Origin: Elusimicrobiota bacterium
GTDB taxonomy: Bacteria; Elusimicrobiota; Elusimicrobia; UBA1565; UBA9628
Assembly (NCBI GenBank): GCA_016212795.1
Contig: JACRDT010000012.1
Span: forward strand, 19,975 to 83,974
Direction of reading: 5' to 3'
Length of the DNA: 64,000 nt
Shown piece after piece: positions 9,807 through 19,392 of the stretch. Both the position numbers and the translations under genes were made by a program. Under the pieces are notes generated by a model. That model was not told the DNA's origin, searched no databases, and worked only from the letters and a program-made list of their open reading frames with translations. Positions within the stretch are counted from its first letter, which is position 1. Each line of letters starts with the position of its first letter.

Positions 9807-10379
9807 GTGGCGCTGCGCCTGGTCGTCGGCCTGGGCAACCCCGGGCCGCGCTACGCCAGGACGCGACACAACGCGGGCTTCAGGGTCGTGGAGGCCCTGG
9901 CGGGTGCGGAGTCCCGCTGGCGGGACTTCCGGGGTCTCGGGCGTTGCGTCCGGCGGGAGGGGGTCGTGGTGGCCGAACCGCTGACCTACATGAACGACTC
10001 CGGGAGCTTCGTCTCGGCGCTCTGCCGCTTCCACAAGGTCCAGGCGGCCGAGCTGCTGGTGTGCTTCGACGACATCTCCCTGCCCCTGGGGAGGCTCCGG
10101 CTCAAGGCCGCGGGATCGTCCGGCGGCCAGAAGGGCATGGAGTCCATCATCGCGCACCTGGGGACCGCCGCCATCCCGAGGCTGCGCGTGGGGGTGGGGC
10201 CGCTGCCCCCGGGCTGGGAGGCGACCGACTTCGTCCTGGGGCGCTTCGCGGCGGCCGAGGAGACCGTGTTCGCCCGGGCGGTCCTGGACGCCGCCGACGC
10301 GGTGCGCGTCGCCCTCCAAGACGGGCTCGAGGCGGCGATGAACAGATTTAACTCGCCCCCCCCGCGGGGGGGCGAGTAG
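9807..10379 (+). CDS. pth: Peptidyl-tRNA hydrolase
   Basis: LVVGLGNPG..Y..TRHNAGF, PLTYMNDSG, DDISLPLG.LRLK..GSSGGQKG and RLRVGVG. Confidence 0.95.
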   Translation: MALRLVVGLGNPGPRYARTRHNAGFRVVEALAGAESRWRDFRGLGRCVRREGVVVAEPLTYMNDSGSFVSALCRFHKVQAAELLVCFDDISLPLGRLRLKAAGSSGGQKGMESIIAHLGTAAIPRLRVGVGPLPPGWEATDFVLGRFAAAEETVFARAVLDAADAVRVALQDGLEAAMNRFNSPPPRGGE

Positions 10380-10467
10380 TGGGGGGGCATATTCTGTTTC
10401 ATAAGGAACTCCTTAATAAAACGGCATCGGCCCCCCGCTACTCGCCCCCCGCGGGGGGGCGAGTGAC
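10351..10467. repeat. Inverted pair of ~50-bp palindromic repeats (MITE/BIME-like, ~115 bp)
   Basis: ACTCG-Cn-GC-Gn-CGAGT hairpins at both ends, oppositely oriented leaders, central TAAGG-AACT-CCTTA. Confidence 0.88.
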
Positions 10468-10499
10468 TTGGGGGCGAGTGACTTGGAGGCGAGTGATAT
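10455..10499 (+). repeat. 15-bp tandem repeat x3 (GGGGGCGAGTGACTT)
   Basis: Units at 10455, 10470 and 10485. The last reads GGAGGCGAGTGATAT and leads into ATG 10498. Confidence 0.9.
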
Positions 10500-10719
10500 G
10501 AGCCCAGAGGCGAAGGTCATCGTCGGCATCGTCTTCCTGCTCCTGGGCCTGGGCTACACCTACCGGCCCGGCCTCATCCAGCGCATGAACGCTTTCCTGC
10601 GGGAATACGTGCTCAACGACGCCCGCATCGCGTTGGAGCGCAGGAAGTGGGGGATGTTCTTCCTCCTGATGAGCCTTCTGTTCATCTACATGGGCTACAC
10701 GGCCATGGGCCTGAGATGA
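10498..10719 (+). CDS. Small two-TM membrane protein
   Basis: GGAGG RBS, two hydrophobic segments, ATGA overlap with the next gene. Confidence 0.7.
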   Translation: MSPEAKVIVGIVFLLLGLGYTYRPGLIQRMNAFLREYVLNDARIALERRKWGMFFLLMSLLFIYMGYTAMGLR

Positions 10720-12074
10720 AGCGCGCTCTCGTCGACCTCGCCCTCCGCTCCCTGGACTGGATCAAAAAGCAGTCGGCCAGCCTCGAGGCCGAGGTGTTCC
10801 TGGCCTCGGGCGAGGACCGCGGCATCGAGCTGAGGAACGGGGTGCTCGAAAGCCTCCAGAGCGTCAAGTCCGAGGGCGTGGGGTTGAGGGTGCTCGACGG
10901 CGGCAGGGTGGGCTTCGCCTCGGCGGGGGGGATGGACCTGGAGACGGTCCAGGGCCTCTACCGGAAGGTCGCCGAGCTCATGGAGCACCTCGAGCCCGAC
11001 GACAAGATGGGCTTCCCCGCGGCCGCGAAGGACTTTTCCCCGGAGGAGGCGTTCGAGGCTTCCCTGTGGGACGACTCCTTGTTCGGCGGCAGGCTGGAGG
11101 GCTGGCAGCGGCGCCTCGGCGCGGTCCAGGCGCGGGTCATGGGCGGCGACAAGCGCATCCGGACGGTCCTGCGGCTCGGCTACGGCGAGTCGCGCGGCGA
11201 GGTGGTGGTCGCCAACACGAGAGGGGTCGCGGCCTACGAGAGGGGCTCGTCGGCCACGGTGGGGCTTTCGGTGCTCGCGGCGGGCAAGGATGAGGAGCTC
11301 CAGGTCGGGGCCGCCTTCCAGTCCTCCCGGCGCAAAGCCGATCTCGACCTCGACCGGCTCGCCGACGACGGCGCCCGGCGCGCCACCTCGCTCCTCGACG
11401 CCCGCAAGCTGCCGGGCGGCCGCCGGGCGGTGGTCATCGACCCCTGGGTGGCCGGCGAGCTGCTGGACCTGGTGGCGGAGCTCCTCTGCGCCGACTCGGT
11501 CCAGCGGGGAAAATCCATGCTGGCGGGCAGGATCGGCCGCCGGATCGGCTCGGAGCTCGTCACCATCGTCGATGACCCGAAGATCGCCGGCGGCATCGCC
11601 AGCTCCGTCTACGACGACGAGGGCTGCCCGACCGTCAGGAAGACCATGGTCGAGCGGGGCGTCCTGCGGGACTATTTCTACGACACGTACACGGCCAACA
11701 AGGATGGGCGCCCGTCCAACGCCAGCGCCAGCCGCGGCTCCTACAGGGGCATCCCCGGGCCCGCTCCCTCCAACCTCCACATGGCCGCGGGCTCGACTTC
11801 GCGCGAGAAGGTCATCGCGGACACCAACGACGGCATCCTGGTCCTCGACATCCTGGGGATGCACATGGTCGACCCGGTCGCCGGCGAGATCTCGGTCGGG
11901 GTCTCGGGCATCGCCATCGAAGGCGGGCGCTTGACCCACGCCGTCAAAGGTTGCATGATATCGGGCAACATCCTGGAGCTCCTCGGGGGGATCGACATGG
12001 TCGGTGATGACCTGACGTTCTACGGCGCGCTGGGCTCGCCCACGTTCCGGATATCGGAGATGACGGTGGCGTGA
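10716..12074 (+). CDS. pmbA: TldD/PmbA family protein (PmbA/TldE-type, cytoplasmic)
   Basis: GVGLRVL..GRVGFAS, LCADSVQRGKS, YDDEG.P, PSNL and ISGNILELL. No HExxH. Confidence 0.85.
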   Translation: MKRALVDLALRSLDWIKKQSASLEAEVFLASGEDRGIELRNGVLESLQSVKSEGVGLRVLDGGRVGFASAGGMDLETVQGLYRKVAELMEHLEPDDKMGFPAAAKDFSPEEAFEASLWDDSLFGGRLEGWQRRLGAVQARVMGGDKRIRTVLRLGYGESRGEVVVANTRGVAAYERGSSATVGLSVLAAGKDEELQVGAAFQSSRRKADLDLDRLADDGARRATSLLDARKLPGGRRAVVIDPWVAGELLDLVAELLCADSVQRGKSMLAGRIGRRIGSELVTIVDDPKIAGGIASSVYDDEGCPTVRKTMVERGVLRDYFYDTYTANKDGRPSNASASRGSYRGIPGPAPSNLHMAAGSTSREKVIADTNDGILVLDILGMHMVDPVAGEISVGVSGIAIEGGRLTHAVKGCMISGNILELLGGIDMVGDDLTFYGALGSPTFRISEMTVA

Positions 12075-12075
12075 C

Positions 12076-12249
12076 ATGGCGATCGACCCCGAGCTCCTGA
12101 AGATCCTGGCCTGCCCCGTCTGCAAGACCCCCGTGGACTACCGTCCCGCCGAGTCCGCGCTCTTCTGCGCCAAGTGCCGCCGGCGCTTCGCGGTCAAAGA
12201 CGACATCCCCAACATGCTGCCGGACGAGGCGACCGTCCTGCCGGAGTAG
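12076..12249 (+). CDS. Trm112/YcaR (UPF0434) family small protein
   Basis: 57 aa, absent from the ORF track: MAIDPELLKILACPVCKTPVDY...LFCAKCRRRFAVKDDIPNMLPDEA. Confidence 0.9.
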   Translation: MAIDPELLKILACPVCKTPVDYRPAESALFCAKCRRRFAVKDDIPNMLPDEATVLPE

Positions 12250-12264
12250 TTGCTCCGCGTTGGC

Positions 12265-13920
12265 ATGACGAGCGAATCCCGCCGCTGGATCGCCGTCAGT
12301 TTCGGCGTCTTCATCGGCGTGGAGATCCTGCTGGGGGTCGTGGTGGCCAAGCTCCTCGTCGGGAGCTTCGTCAGCCATGTCACCGCCCTGAAGCTCGAGC
12401 TCATCCTCGTCCTGTCGAGCTATTTCCTCGGGGGCTACATCGTGGGGTACGTCTCCCCCTCGGTGCGGACCTGGGAGCCGGCCGTCGGGGCGGCGCTCGC
12501 CGTGGCGTTCACCTTCCTCATGGGCTTTTTCTCGCCGCTGTGCTTCTTCGGCTTGGCCCTCCGCAGGGCCGGGGTCGGGGCGGCCATCGCCTTCTGCCTG
12601 GCGCTCGCGGGGGCCAGGCTCGGGGAGAAAGCGGCCGCCAAGCATCTCCGGACGCTCGCCCTGGGCTTGCTTGCCGCGGCCTTCTCCCGCCAGGCGCTGG
12701 CCGCCTCGCCGGAGGCCGACAAGGCCATCCCGCAAGACCGCGCCGTGGCCATCTCCAGCCCGGCGCTGGCCGTCTCGCCGGAGGCCGACAAGGAGATCCC
12801 GCCAAGCCACGCCGTGCCTCTCTCCCTCTCGGCGGAGGCCGACAAGATCATCCTGCAGGGGCTTGACGCGGCCTACGGTTTCGACTTCGAGCGCGCCGCC
12901 TCGTTGTTCGCGGCTGTTTCCCAGGGGGCGCCGGAGCATCCCGCCGGTCCGTTCTTTCTCGCCTCCCTCCATTGGCTGGAGTTCTCCCAGAACGCCGACA
13001 TCCCCGGGACGATCGATGCCCTGGAGCCCAAGTTCAACGAGGTGATGGACGAGGCCTTCAGCCGGGCCAAGAAGATGCATGAGAAGAACCGTGACGACCC
13101 GGAGGCGAACTTCTACCTTGGGGCGGCCTACGGCATGAAGGGCCGCTGGCAGCTCCTCAAGCGGCAGTGGATACGCGCCGCTTCCAACGGCTACAAGGGC
13201 TACAAATACCTCCAGAGGACCATCGAGCTCTATCCTGGGTTCTACGACGCCTATCTTGGCCTCGGGATGTACGATTATTATTCCGACACGCTCCCCACCG
13301 TCCTGAAGTTCGCCGCGAACCTCATCGCCCGCGGCGACAAGCAGCGCGGACTGCGCTACATCGATCTGACCATGGCGAAGGGCCACTACAGCGTCACCGA
13401 GGCGAAGCTCTTCCTCGTCGGGGTCCTGGCCGGCTACGAGAAGCGGCCCCAGAGGGCTCTCGAGATCGTCCAAGAGCTGCGCCACGAGCGGCCCAACAAC
13501 CTTTTCTTCATCTTCATGGAGGTGATTGCCCGCATCAACTCCAAGGACTGGTTCGGGGCCATCGCCTTCGGCGAGTTCCTGATCCCGAGGGTGCGGGAGG
13601 TCCCCTATACGAAGCCGCATGTGAGCCTCTTCGACCTTTACCTCGGGGACGCCTATCTGGGAGCCAAGGACTACGACAGGGCGTTGGAGACCCTCAACCG
13701 CTGCATCGAGCAGGCCCCCGAGCCCCGCAAGGCCACGGTCACTTATTGCCGCCTGCGCATGGCGCAGGCCTTCGACCTGCTGGGGCGCCGGGAAGAGGCG
13801 CTGAAGTGCTACGCGGATGTCAAGCGCCGTCCTGATTTCTTCGACTCCCAAGACAAGGCCAAGCGCGGCCTCAAGCGCCCGCCGACCTACGATGAGGTCG
13901 TCGCGCAGTTCTTCGAGTAA
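12265..13920 (+). CDS. Membrane protein (about 4 TM) fused to exported-type TPR domain
   Basis: Hydrophobic N-terminal ~125 aa, then signal-like LALGLLAAAFSRQALA, repeats, and TPR helices (NFYLGAAYG, DAYLGLGMYDY). Confidence 0.7.
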   Translation: MTSESRRWIAVSFGVFIGVEILLGVVVAKLLVGSFVSHVTALKLELILVLSSYFLGGYIVGYVSPSVRTWEPAVGAALAVAFTFLMGFFSPLCFFGLALRRAGVGAAIAFCLALAGARLGEKAAAKHLRTLALGLLAAAFSRQALAASPEADKAIPQDRAVAISSPALAVSPEADKEIPPSHAVPLSLSAEADKIILQGLDAAYGFDFERAASLFAAVSQGAPEHPAGPFFLASLHWLEFSQNADIPGTIDALEPKFNEVMDEAFSRAKKMHEKNRDDPEANFYLGAAYGMKGRWQLLKRQWIRAASNGYKGYKYLQRTIELYPGFYDAYLGLGMYDYYSDTLPTVLKFAANLIARGDKQRGLRYIDLTMAKGHYSVTEAKLFLVGVLAGYEKRPQRALEIVQELRHERPNNLFFIFMEVIARINSKDWFGAIAFGEFLIPRVREVPYTKPHVSLFDLYLGDAYLGAKDYDRALETLNRCIEQAPEPRKATVTYCRLRMAQAFDLLGRREEALKCYADVKRRPDFFDSQDKAKRGLKRPPTYDEVVAQFFE

Positions 13921-13950
13921 GAAGTCCGATGGCGCTCCCGCCGCGCCCGG

Positions 13951-15669
13951 CTACTTCGAGAAGTACGGGTGCCCCAGGACGGGGGGCTTGTCGGGCTTCT
14001 CCTCGGATCTCTTGAGCTCCAGCTCGGCCACCAGGACGTCGGGGTGCACGATGCTGGCGGCGACCTCGCCGCGCGCGTACCGGTAGGGGCCGAGCTGGTA
14101 GTAGTTGAAGACGTGCTCGGCGGAGCCTGCCAGCGCGATGTCCCGCAGGGCCCTCAGGGTCACGCTGGTGAACTGGGCGTTGCGCAAGAGCTCTTCCCGG
14201 CCGTCCTTGACGTAGACCTTGTAGACGAGGGCCGGGGCGGCCAGCATGTCGTTCTCCCCGCGTTTGGCTTCGTCGAAGATGCGCCGGATGACGACCCCGT
14301 AGTCGAGGCCGAAGGCCTTGGCGGCCTTGAGGAGCTCCTCTTTGAGCTCGGCGTCGCCGGCGGTCTTGTCGGCCTTGATGACGAGGTTGCCGATGTGGGC
14401 CGTCGGGAACTCCTCGAAGGCGCCCCGGCCGTGGCCGTTGGAGAGATTTCGCTCCTTCACCGGCGAGCGGCCCATGAGGAGGTCCTTGAGCGTCCCGCGC
14501 TCGATGAGGTCCACCTTCCGGGCGCGGATGCCCTCGTCGTCGACCTTGTAGTACCCGGCCAGGGGGGTGCCCCCGAACTCGCGCAAGGTCGGATCGTCGT
14601 AGACGCTCAGGATGGGCGAGACGACCCTCAGGCCCAGGCGGCTCGCGAAGGACCCCGAGTGGAAGTCGGGCTTCATGCGCTCCTCGTCCTCGAGCCACAG
14701 GGAGCGGGGGAAGGACAGGTTGCGCGCCAGCAACTGGTCGAAGAACTGCCCGGCCGCCTGCCCTTGGAGCAGGACGGGGCCCGTGTAGGGGTCCTCCCAG
14801 TTGGGCGCCGCGGCCAGGGCCGTCAGGTCCTTGGCCAGGGCCTGGGCCTCGGCCTCCAGGGCCTCGTAGGGGGGCAGGGACGCGGGGTCCTGGCGGATGA
14901 CGCGGCGGCGGTCGGAGAGCTTCATGCCGTCGGGCGCCTGGGCGGAGGCTTCCATGTAGACCTCGACGTCGTGGCTGTCCTTCACCACGTCCCGGCTCTG
15001 GCTGTCCGTGACGTAGAGGTGCTGCTGGGTCCAGAACAGGCTGACCTCGGACCGCTGGACGACCGGGTAGGCCTTGAAGACGGCCGAGAGCTTGCGGATG
15101 TTCTCCTCCCAGGCCGCCCGGTCGAAGGAGAGCACCGTCGGGTTCGTCAGGGAGGTGTCCGCCGGATCGGCCGACAGGTCCGGGAGCTCCTCCTTGATGA
15201 GCCGCCGCTGCTTGTAGGCCTTCTTCTTCGAGAGGGTCTCGTGGGCTTCCTTGTAGACCCGGTCCGTCGCCGACCAGAGGTCGAAGCGGAGGGCGTCGTA
15301 GTCGTCGTCGACCACGATCGACTCGGTGTCCGGGCCGAACCGCCAGCCGCCGCGCTCGACGTAGTGGGTGTTGTCGAAGGACGCGTTGCCGACGCGCAGG
15401 TCGACCTTGAGCCTGCGCGAGCGCTCGTCCTGGAAGTCCTTGATCGCGCCGAAGGACCCTTCGACCTCGATGCGGCGGACGTCGCGGGCCGTGTAGGACA
15501 CGAAGTAGGGCGTCCCCAGGCCTCCCATATCGAGGCGGGCCATGGTGCGCTTGAGCTCGTCTTTCATGGCTTTGAGCAGCACCGGGGAGCCCGGGTCCAC
15601 GCCCTCGCCGGAAACGCCGGGCGCGGGCAGGGCCAGGAGGCCGGTGAGGAGGAGTGTCATCGCGGTCAT
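13951..15669 (-). CDS. Exported TldD/PmbA-family metallopeptidase-like subunit (non-catalytic type)
   Basis: Signal peptide, AMKDELKR, LRVGNASFDNT, YTGPVLL, VDDEG and SNGHGR. No HExxH. Confidence 0.8.
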   Translation of the reverse strand: MTAMTLLLTGLLALPAPGVSGEGVDPGSPVLLKAMKDELKRTMARLDMGGLGTPYFVSYTARDVRRIEVEGSFGAIKDFQDERSRRLKVDLRVGNASFDNTHYVERGGWRFGPDTESIVVDDDYDALRFDLWSATDRVYKEAHETLSKKKAYKQRRLIKEELPDLSADPADTSLTNPTVLSFDRAAWEENIRKLSAVFKAYPVVQRSEVSLFWTQQHLYVTDSQSRDVVKDSHDVEVYMEASAQAPDGMKLSDRRRVIRQDPASLPPYEALEAEAQALAKDLTALAAAPNWEDPYTGPVLLQGQAAGQFFDQLLARNLSFPRSLWLEDEERMKPDFHSGSFASRLGLRVVSPILSVYDDPTLREFGGTPLAGYYKVDDEGIRARKVDLIERGTLKDLLMGRSPVKERNLSNGHGRGAFEEFPTAHIGNLVIKADKTAGDAELKEELLKAAKAFGLDYGVVIRRIFDEAKRGENDMLAAPALVYKVYVKDGREELLRNAQFTSVTLRALRDIALAGSAEHVFNYYQLGPYRYARGEVAASIVHPDVLVAELELKRSEEKPDKPPVLGHPYFSK

Positions 15670-17495
15670 GGGAGCCTCCCCATCCTGTCGTGGTGCGGCG
15701 GCGGCAGTATCGGAGGCTTCTCGGACGCCTTGAACTTCTTCTCCACCTCCACCTCGGTGAGCAGGAGGCTCGGGGCGATGGCCGAGACCGGCACGCTGCC
15801 GGACTCGGCGCCGCAGGTGCCGTTGAAGACGTCGTCGTCGTCCGCCGCGGCGACGATCTTCGTGAACGACGCCAGGGGCGTGCCCACGATGTCCACGCCG
15901 CGGACGACCTCGTCGGGCCTGCCGTCCGGGTAGACCCGGTAGACCAGCAGGGGGATGACCTTGAAGGACTGGGTGGCCCCCCGCCCGGTCATCGTGAACC
16001 CTCCCGAGATGTCGTCGAAGACCAGCCCGTAGGGCTTGCGCTGCAGCTTGATCTGGGCGATGAGCATCTCCCGGAGCTTCGCGTAGGGGACGCTGCGCGA
16101 GGCGGTGACGATGGTGTTGCCCATGCGGGCCACGATCGGGTGCCCGGGCTCCCGCCTGCCGTGCCCGTTGGAGGCCGGGAAGCCCTTGATGGGCGAGCGC
16201 GTCATGAGGAAGCCCTTGAGGATGCCGTTCTCGACCAGGGACACCCGCCGCGCGGGGACGCCCTCGTCGTCGAACTTGTAGAAGCCCCGCAGGAACTGGT
16301 CCTTGAAGCGGGGCAGGGTGGCGTCGTCGGCGACGCTGATGAAGTCCGCGGTGATGGGCTGGCCGAGCTTCTTGGTGAAGGTCTGGCCCTCCCGCTCGAG
16401 CTTCTGGCGGTGCCCCTCGACGCGGTGGCCCATGATCTCATGGAAATAGACCGCCGAGGCGCGGGCGCGGAAGATGGCCGGCCCCGTGTAGGGTTCGACG
16501 AGGGGGGCCTTGGTGAGCGCGTCGAGCTCCCTGGCGGAGCGCTCGATGTCCTGGAGGATCATCGCGTCCGCCGGCAGGCCTTCCAGGGCGTCGGAGTCGT
16601 AGCTCTGATGGCGCATGAGGTCCATGCCGTCGGCGGTCCGGGCCCTCAGGGAGTAGCTCAGGCGCGCGTAGCGGTTGCCGGTCACGACCTCGGTCCTCTC
16701 CGTGTTGACGATGTAGCGGTTGATGGCCTCGGCGTCGAGGCTGACGTGGGAGGCGATGATGAAGGGGTACTTCTTGAAGATGCCCGAGAGGTTCTTGAGG
16801 CGCCGGCGCCAGGCCTCCTTGTCGGGGGCGTGCGGGGGGACGGTCTCGTAGGAACGGGCGGGCTGCTGCAGGGAGAAGTCGTCGGACTTGTCCTCCTCCT
16901 CGGCGGTCACGGCCTTGTTCGTGAGGACCTTGGTGTAGTTCTCGCGGGCGGCCTTGAAGACCCTGTCCGTGTGGAGCCAGATGGCCGACCGGATGGCGTC
17001 CTCGTCGTCGGACTCCGGGAGGGAGGAGGAGCCGCTCCCGTCGCGGTCGAACCACCCGCCCATGCCCTTGACCTGGTGGGTGTTGTCGAACCGCCGGTCG
17101 CCGATGCGGGCGTCGATCGTGAGCTGGCGGGAGTGCCGGTCGGATTCGTAGCGGATGGCGCCGAGCAGGGCGCTCAGGTAGTACTCCTTGTCGTCCTCGA
17201 CCTCGTAGGAGAGGAAATAGAGGGGCGGCTTCTCCGCCAGCTGGAGCGGCTCGAAGGAGCGGCCGAGCTCCTTGCGCAGCGCCCGCAGCAGGGCGTCGTC
17301 GTCCGGCGACCGCGCGCCCTCCAGGGGCGCGCCGGGAGCGGAGGGGACGCTCGCGGGCGGCGCTTCCTTGCGCGAGGCCCCCTCCGGCGAGGGGGCGACG
17401 GCCGGCGCCTTCGGCTGCTGGGACGGCGGGCGCTTGCCTGCCGGCGCGGCGCTCAATGACAGGCACAGCGTGGCGATCCAAAACGGACCAATCAT
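15666..17495 (-). CDS. Exported TldD-family metallopeptidase (catalytic type)
   Basis: GGAGG RBS and signal peptide. FHEIMGHRVEGH, FDDEG, SNGHGR, ARMGN and CGAESGSVPVS. Confidence 0.85.
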   Translation of the reverse strand: MIGPFWIATLCLSLSAAPAGKRPPSQQPKAPAVAPSPEGASRKEAPPASVPSAPGAPLEGARSPDDDALLRALRKELGRSFEPLQLAEKPPLYFLSYEVEDDKEYYLSALLGAIRYESDRHSRQLTIDARIGDRRFDNTHQVKGMGGWFDRDGSGSSSLPESDDEDAIRSAIWLHTDRVFKAARENYTKVLTNKAVTAEEEDKSDDFSLQQPARSYETVPPHAPDKEAWRRRLKNLSGIFKKYPFIIASHVSLDAEAINRYIVNTERTEVVTGNRYARLSYSLRARTADGMDLMRHQSYDSDALEGLPADAMILQDIERSARELDALTKAPLVEPYTGPAIFRARASAVYFHEIMGHRVEGHRQKLEREGQTFTKKLGQPITADFISVADDATLPRFKDQFLRGFYKFDDEGVPARRVSLVENGILKGFLMTRSPIKGFPASNGHGRREPGHPIVARMGNTIVTASRSVPYAKLREMLIAQIKLQRKPYGLVFDDISGGFTMTGRGATQSFKVIPLLVYRVYPDGRPDEVVRGVDIVGTPLASFTKIVAAADDDDVFNGTCGAESGSVPVSAIAPSLLLTEVEVEKKFKASEKPPILPPPHHDRMGRLP

Positions 17496-17586
17496 GTGTC
17501 CTCCTGCAGACGGTAGATTGTAGTACACACGGCAAGGAGTCCGCTAGTTGACAGTCGGGTGGCATAGGAGGCATCATGTGCGCGCG

Positions 17587-18729
17587 ATGCGAATCCGGTG
17601 GCGCGGCGGGCTGGCGGCGGTCGCGGCGCTGGCGTTGGCCGGGTGCACGTCGCGGGCGGATCTGGCGGAGCGCGCCTACGGGCGGGGCGACTACGCCGAG
17701 GCCATGGGGCTGGCGCGGCCCCTGGGCGAAAAGGGCGACCCCAGGATGCAGAACCTCGTGGGGCTGATGTCCGCCAAGGGGGAGGGCGTGCCCGCCGACC
17801 CGACCCAGGGCGCCGTCTGGTACCGCCGGGCGGCGGAGCAAGGGCACCTCTCGGCCGCGATCAACCTGGGGGTGCTCTACGCGGACGGCCGGGGCGTCAC
17901 CAAGGACGGCGCCGAGGCGCTGAGGTGGCTCCGGGTGGCGGCGGACAAGGGCGAGGAAGTGGCCCAGAAGCTCATCGGGGACCTCTATCTCGACGGCGAT
18001 TGCGTCCCGAGGGACGACGCCGAGGCCGCCCGCTGGTACAAGAAGGCCGTGGACCACGAGTACAGCCCGTTCGACAAGGGCTACGCGCCGGCCCAGCATC
18101 GCCTGGGCCTGCTCTACGAGCGCGGCTGGGGCGTCCCCCGGTCCGGCGCGGAGGCGGCCAAGTGGATGCGCAAGGCCGCGGAGCAGGGCAACGCCGGCGC
18201 GCAGGTCGACCTCGGGCTGCTCTACCAGGGAAAGTCCGGCGTCAAGCGCGACTACGCCGAGGCGGCGCGCTGGTTCGGCAAGGCCGCGCTCGCGGGCGAC
18301 GCCTCCGCGCAGAACTTCCTCGGGGTCATATACGAGAGGGGCAACGGCGTGGCCAAGGACGAGACCGCGGCGTTGGCCTGGTACCTGAAGGCGGCGGACC
18401 AGGACCATCGGCTCGCCCAATACAACGCCGGCGTGCTCTATGACGAGGGGCGCGGCATCCGCCAGGACCTCGGCCAGGCGGTCGCCTGGCTGCGCAAGTC
18501 CGCGGAGGGAGGCGAGACCCGCGCTCAGAACCGCCTCGGGATGTCGTATTTCAAGGGGCGGGGGGTCCCGCGCGACTTGACGCTGGCCTATGTCTGGTGC
18601 TGGCGCGCCGGCAAGAAGGGCCTGACGGTCGGGCTGGAGAACGCGGCGGTCATCAAGAAGGCCATGACGGCCAAGCAGTCGGCCGAGGCCCGGAAGATGA
18701 TCGAGCTCGTCGACAAGAAGCGCCCGTGA
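17587..18729 (+). CDS. Sel1-repeat lipoprotein
   Basis: Lipobox LAGC and about 8 repeats of A..NLG.LY..G.GV..D...A..W...AA.QG. Confidence 0.9.
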   Translation: MRIRWRGGLAAVAALALAGCTSRADLAERAYGRGDYAEAMGLARPLGEKGDPRMQNLVGLMSAKGEGVPADPTQGAVWYRRAAEQGHLSAAINLGVLYADGRGVTKDGAEALRWLRVAADKGEEVAQKLIGDLYLDGDCVPRDDAEAARWYKKAVDHEYSPFDKGYAPAQHRLGLLYERGWGVPRSGAEAAKWMRKAAEQGNAGAQVDLGLLYQGKSGVKRDYAEAARWFGKAALAGDASAQNFLGVIYERGNGVAKDETAALAWYLKAADQDHRLAQYNAGVLYDEGRGIRQDLGQAVAWLRKSAEGGETRAQNRLGMSYFKGRGVPRDLTLAYVWCWRAGKKGLTVGLENAAVIKKAMTAKQSAEARKMIELVDKKRP

Positions 18730-18750
18730 CCCGCCGGGCTTCGCCTGCCG

Positions 18751-19392
18751 CTATTCGAGCGGCACGAGCTTGGCCGGGTCGTAGGCCGGGCCCGCCTTGG
18801 AGAAGACCAGCATGAGGTGGTTGACCCGGGTCTGGTCGTACTGGTCGTGCCAGCGGACGAGGAACTCGGCCTTCGGGATGAACGCGTAGTTGCCCAGGGT
18901 GGACGGGTCCATGAAGTAGAGGTTCCGTTCGTCGTGGCCGATGGCCACGGCGTAGTGCCCGTCGTCCCAAGCCCCGGCATAGTCGACGGCGCCCTCCGCC
19001 CAGGCCTGGAAGGCCACGATGACGGGCTTCCCGGCGTCCAGCGCCGCGGTGAGGTCCTCCAGCGGGGCGTCGAGCGCGGCCTTCGCGTCGATGCCGTGTT
19101 CGCGGGCGAGCTCGACGATCTTCCAGTAGCGCGTGCCCTGCTCCGGGTCGGACCCGAGCTTGCGGGCCAGCTCGTCTTCCCGGATGTCCTCCCCGTAGTA
19201 GCCGAGGATGGATTGGAGCGCGGCGGCGCCGCAGGTGTAGGGCGTGGATTGGCGCACCAAGGGAAGGCGGATGAGGTCCTTGGGGGCATGGGCGGCCGGA
19301 GCGGCGGACGGCCTGGCCGCCGAGCGGGGAGTCCGGGGCGACGCGGCGCAGCCGGCCAAGCCGACGGCGATCCCGAGGATGGCGGCTATCAT
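18751..19392 (-). CDS. C39-family cysteine peptidase lipoprotein
   Basis: MIAAILGIAVGLAGC lipobox, RQSTPYTCGAAAL (Q/C), GHYAV and MDP. ATGA overlap with the GNAT gene. Confidence 0.85.
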   Translation of the reverse strand: MIAAILGIAVGLAGCAASPRTPRSAARPSAAPAAHAPKDLIRLPLVRQSTPYTCGAAALQSILGYYGEDIREDELARKLGSDPEQGTRYWKIVELAREHGIDAKAALDAPLEDLTAALDAGKPVIVAFQAWAEGAVDYAGAWDDGHYAVAIGHDERNLYFMDPSTLGNYAFIPKAEFLVRWHDQYDQTRVNHLMLVFSKAGPAYDPAKLVPLE

